Shown in pieces: positions 30,329-31,624 of a DNA stretch of 31,624 bases (position 1 is the stretch's first letter; each line of letters begins with the position of its first letter). The notes beneath the pieces are model-generated. The model was not told where the DNA came from. It did no database searches and saw only the letters and a list, made by a program, of their open reading frames with translations. This DNA is from Escherichia coli (GTDB lineage: Bacteria; Pseudomonadota; Gammaproteobacteria; Enterobacterales; Enterobacteriaceae): the NCBI RefSeq assembly GCF_003334765.1, contig NZ_QOWT01000039.1; one strand, given 5' to 3'. The translations under genes and the position numbers were made by a program.

Positions 30329-31153
30329 CTATAATCTTATTCCTTCCGCAGAACGGTCAGTGCCGTAAAAATTCCCTTGCGCAACAATACTTGCCGCCGA
30401 GTCACGGTTCGACAATCTCTGCGCCGATCGCTCCTGATACTCTGTGGGCGTCATCCCATAATAATTTCGAAAGACGTAAATGAAATACGACACGCTGTGA
30501 TATCCACAGGATACTGCAACTCGCTTAATTGAAAAACCATGTATAACAATAAGTTGCAAAGCACGTTGCATTCTACACTCAGTAAGCAACTGTGAATATG
30601 ATGTCTCTTCTTCGCGCAATTTTTTCTTTAACAGACTTGGACTCATCAACAGCTCGCTGGCGATTCGGGCTAGTGTCCACTCATGGGCGATATTATTATT
30701 GATAACCGTACAAACTCGTGTTCGCATGTTCGGTTGTAAAACGTTCAGAAGCAGCGGTATAAAGTGCTCATCCTCAAGAAAAACAGATAACAACGCAAAG
30801 ATTAATGCTCTTTTACGTAGCATTTCTGCATAGCGAAGATTCTTATTCTGCGATAGTTGCGCAACTTCCTGAAAAACAGGAATATCTCTACTACAGTGAT
30901 GAACGAGTAATGAAGAAACTTTTTTATGTGCATGAAGATTTAATGCCTCCTCCTTGAGCATCGGGAGAAATAATGAAAGCGTGTCCCTTGACACGAATAC
31001 AAAATTTTCAACACACTTATCTACTCGAATTTGGCTTGCATCCGCAAAAACCAGGTCACCGCCATTAAAATAGCGATATTCACCATTAACCATGGTGAGA
31101 ATATATTTATGTCTTGCATACGCAATTAGACAATTCCCATGTAGTGATTGCAT
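30329..31153 (-). CDS. gadX: AraC-family regulator GadX, 274 aa
   Basis: ORF 30329..31153. C-terminal AraC-type HTH. ATG at 31151-31153 (reverse strand). Confidence 0.94.
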   Translation of the reverse strand: MQSLHGNCLIAYARHKYILTMVNGEYRYFNGGDLVFADASQIRVDKCVENFVFVSRDTLSLFLPMLKEEALNLHAHKKVSSLLVHHCSRDIPVFQEVAQLSQNKNLRYAEMLRKRALIFALLSVFLEDEHFIPLLLNVLQPNMRTRVCTVINNNIAHEWTLARIASELLMSPSLLKKKLREEETSYSQLLTECRMQRALQLIVIHGFSIKRVAVSCGYHSVSYFIYVFRNYYGMTPTEYQERSAQRLSNRDSAASIVAQGNFYGTDRSAEGIRL

Positions 31154-31462
31154 AGTTGACTTAATATTACATAAACATATTACTGTTTATTAATGTAGCA
31201 CGCCGCCCTCTTAAGTCAAATTGATTGATAAATAAATTTAAACGAAGCGGGAGAACAGGATGATAATGTGTGATGTTCTACGGGCAGGATGACTGGATTT
31301 ATAATACAAAAACGTGTTTAAGAACGCAGGGAAATTAATAGTAAGCAAATAATCCCTTTTCGTGACATTAAAGGTAATCGCTACATTTAATAAACATTCA
31401 TATAACATATATCTTATCAACACGATGAATAGACAGCCAATATATTATTGCGATTAATAAGC

Positions 31463-31510
31463 AACCGAATGCCCAGCTGTTTTTTTAAAGGCTGGGCATT
31501 CGGTTTTTAC
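31463..31510. terminator. Inverted repeat downstream of gadA (putative terminator)
   Basis: Stem aaccgaatgcccagc / gctgggcattcggtt (15 bp) around a T-rich loop, immediately 3' of the gadA stop. Confidence 0.5.
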
Positions 31511-31522
31511 AACGTTATGTTA

Positions 31523-31624
31523 TCAGGTGTGTTTAAAGCTGTTCTGCTGGGCAATACCCTGCAGTTTCGGGTGATCGCTGAGATATTTCAGGGAGGCTTT
31601 GTAGTCTTCCAGCAACAGTTCAGC
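31523..31624 (-). CDS. gadA: Glutamate decarboxylase GadA, C-terminal 33 codons only (gene continues past the window end)
   Basis: Reverse-strand frame ends ...[14 protein letters not shown]-stop at 31523-31525 and is open to the window edge. Position after gadX matches E. coli order. Identity is from memory of the GadA/GadB C-terminus; gadA versus gadB is decided by context. Confidence 0.75.

Noticed and set aside
31238-31423. 61-aa reverse-strand ORF in the gadX-gadA intergenic region
   Set aside because: It sits in an AT-rich regulatory region expected to hold the gadX promoter, with no SD and an Ile/Leu/Asn-rich translation typical of AT-rich noise.
1-31624. Hypothesis that the window encodes a previously undescribed defence, secretion or biosynthetic system
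   Set aside because: Every ORF above ~100 codons with coding-like features matches a gene of the known E. coli pitA-gor-ars-acid fitness island region in the expected order. There is no unexplained operon-like cluster, only individually under-characterised genes (yhiL, yhiM, yhiN, yhiS, yhiD).

Overview
This window reads as a well-characterised stretch of an Escherichia coli / Shigella-type chromosome, and I did not find a convincing previously undescribed multi-gene system in it. Gene order, protein lengths and motifs match the region running from yhiL-yhiM-yhiN through pitA, uspB/uspA, dtpB, rsmJ-prlC, rlmJ, gor, the dinQ-agrAB small-RNA/toxin locus and arsRBC, then the acid fitness island (slp-dctR, yhiD, hdeBA, hdeD, gadE-mdtEF, gadW, gadY, gadX) and the 3' end of gadA. 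All calls rest on reading the supplied ORF translations and the raw sequence, plus recalled knowledge of these families; no database search was run. Start codons were refined from the ORF track where the known protein length, a Shine-Dalgarno sequence and the codon itself agreed (GTG starts for yhiM, yhiN, rsmJ and dinQ). The window differs from the K-12 reference as I recall it in that yhiS is an uninterrupted 407-codon ORF with no IS5 insertion. The most useful second-look items are the dinQ/agrA/agrB module (absent from the ORF track because the peptide is 27 aa), a pentapeptide-repeat-like segment in AT-rich yhiS, an internal repeat in YhiM, an antisense-oriented terminator-like hairpin in the gadE leader, and the RIP/BIME-hairpin architecture in two 3' regions. 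No CRISPR array, integrase, transposase or tRNA was seen.
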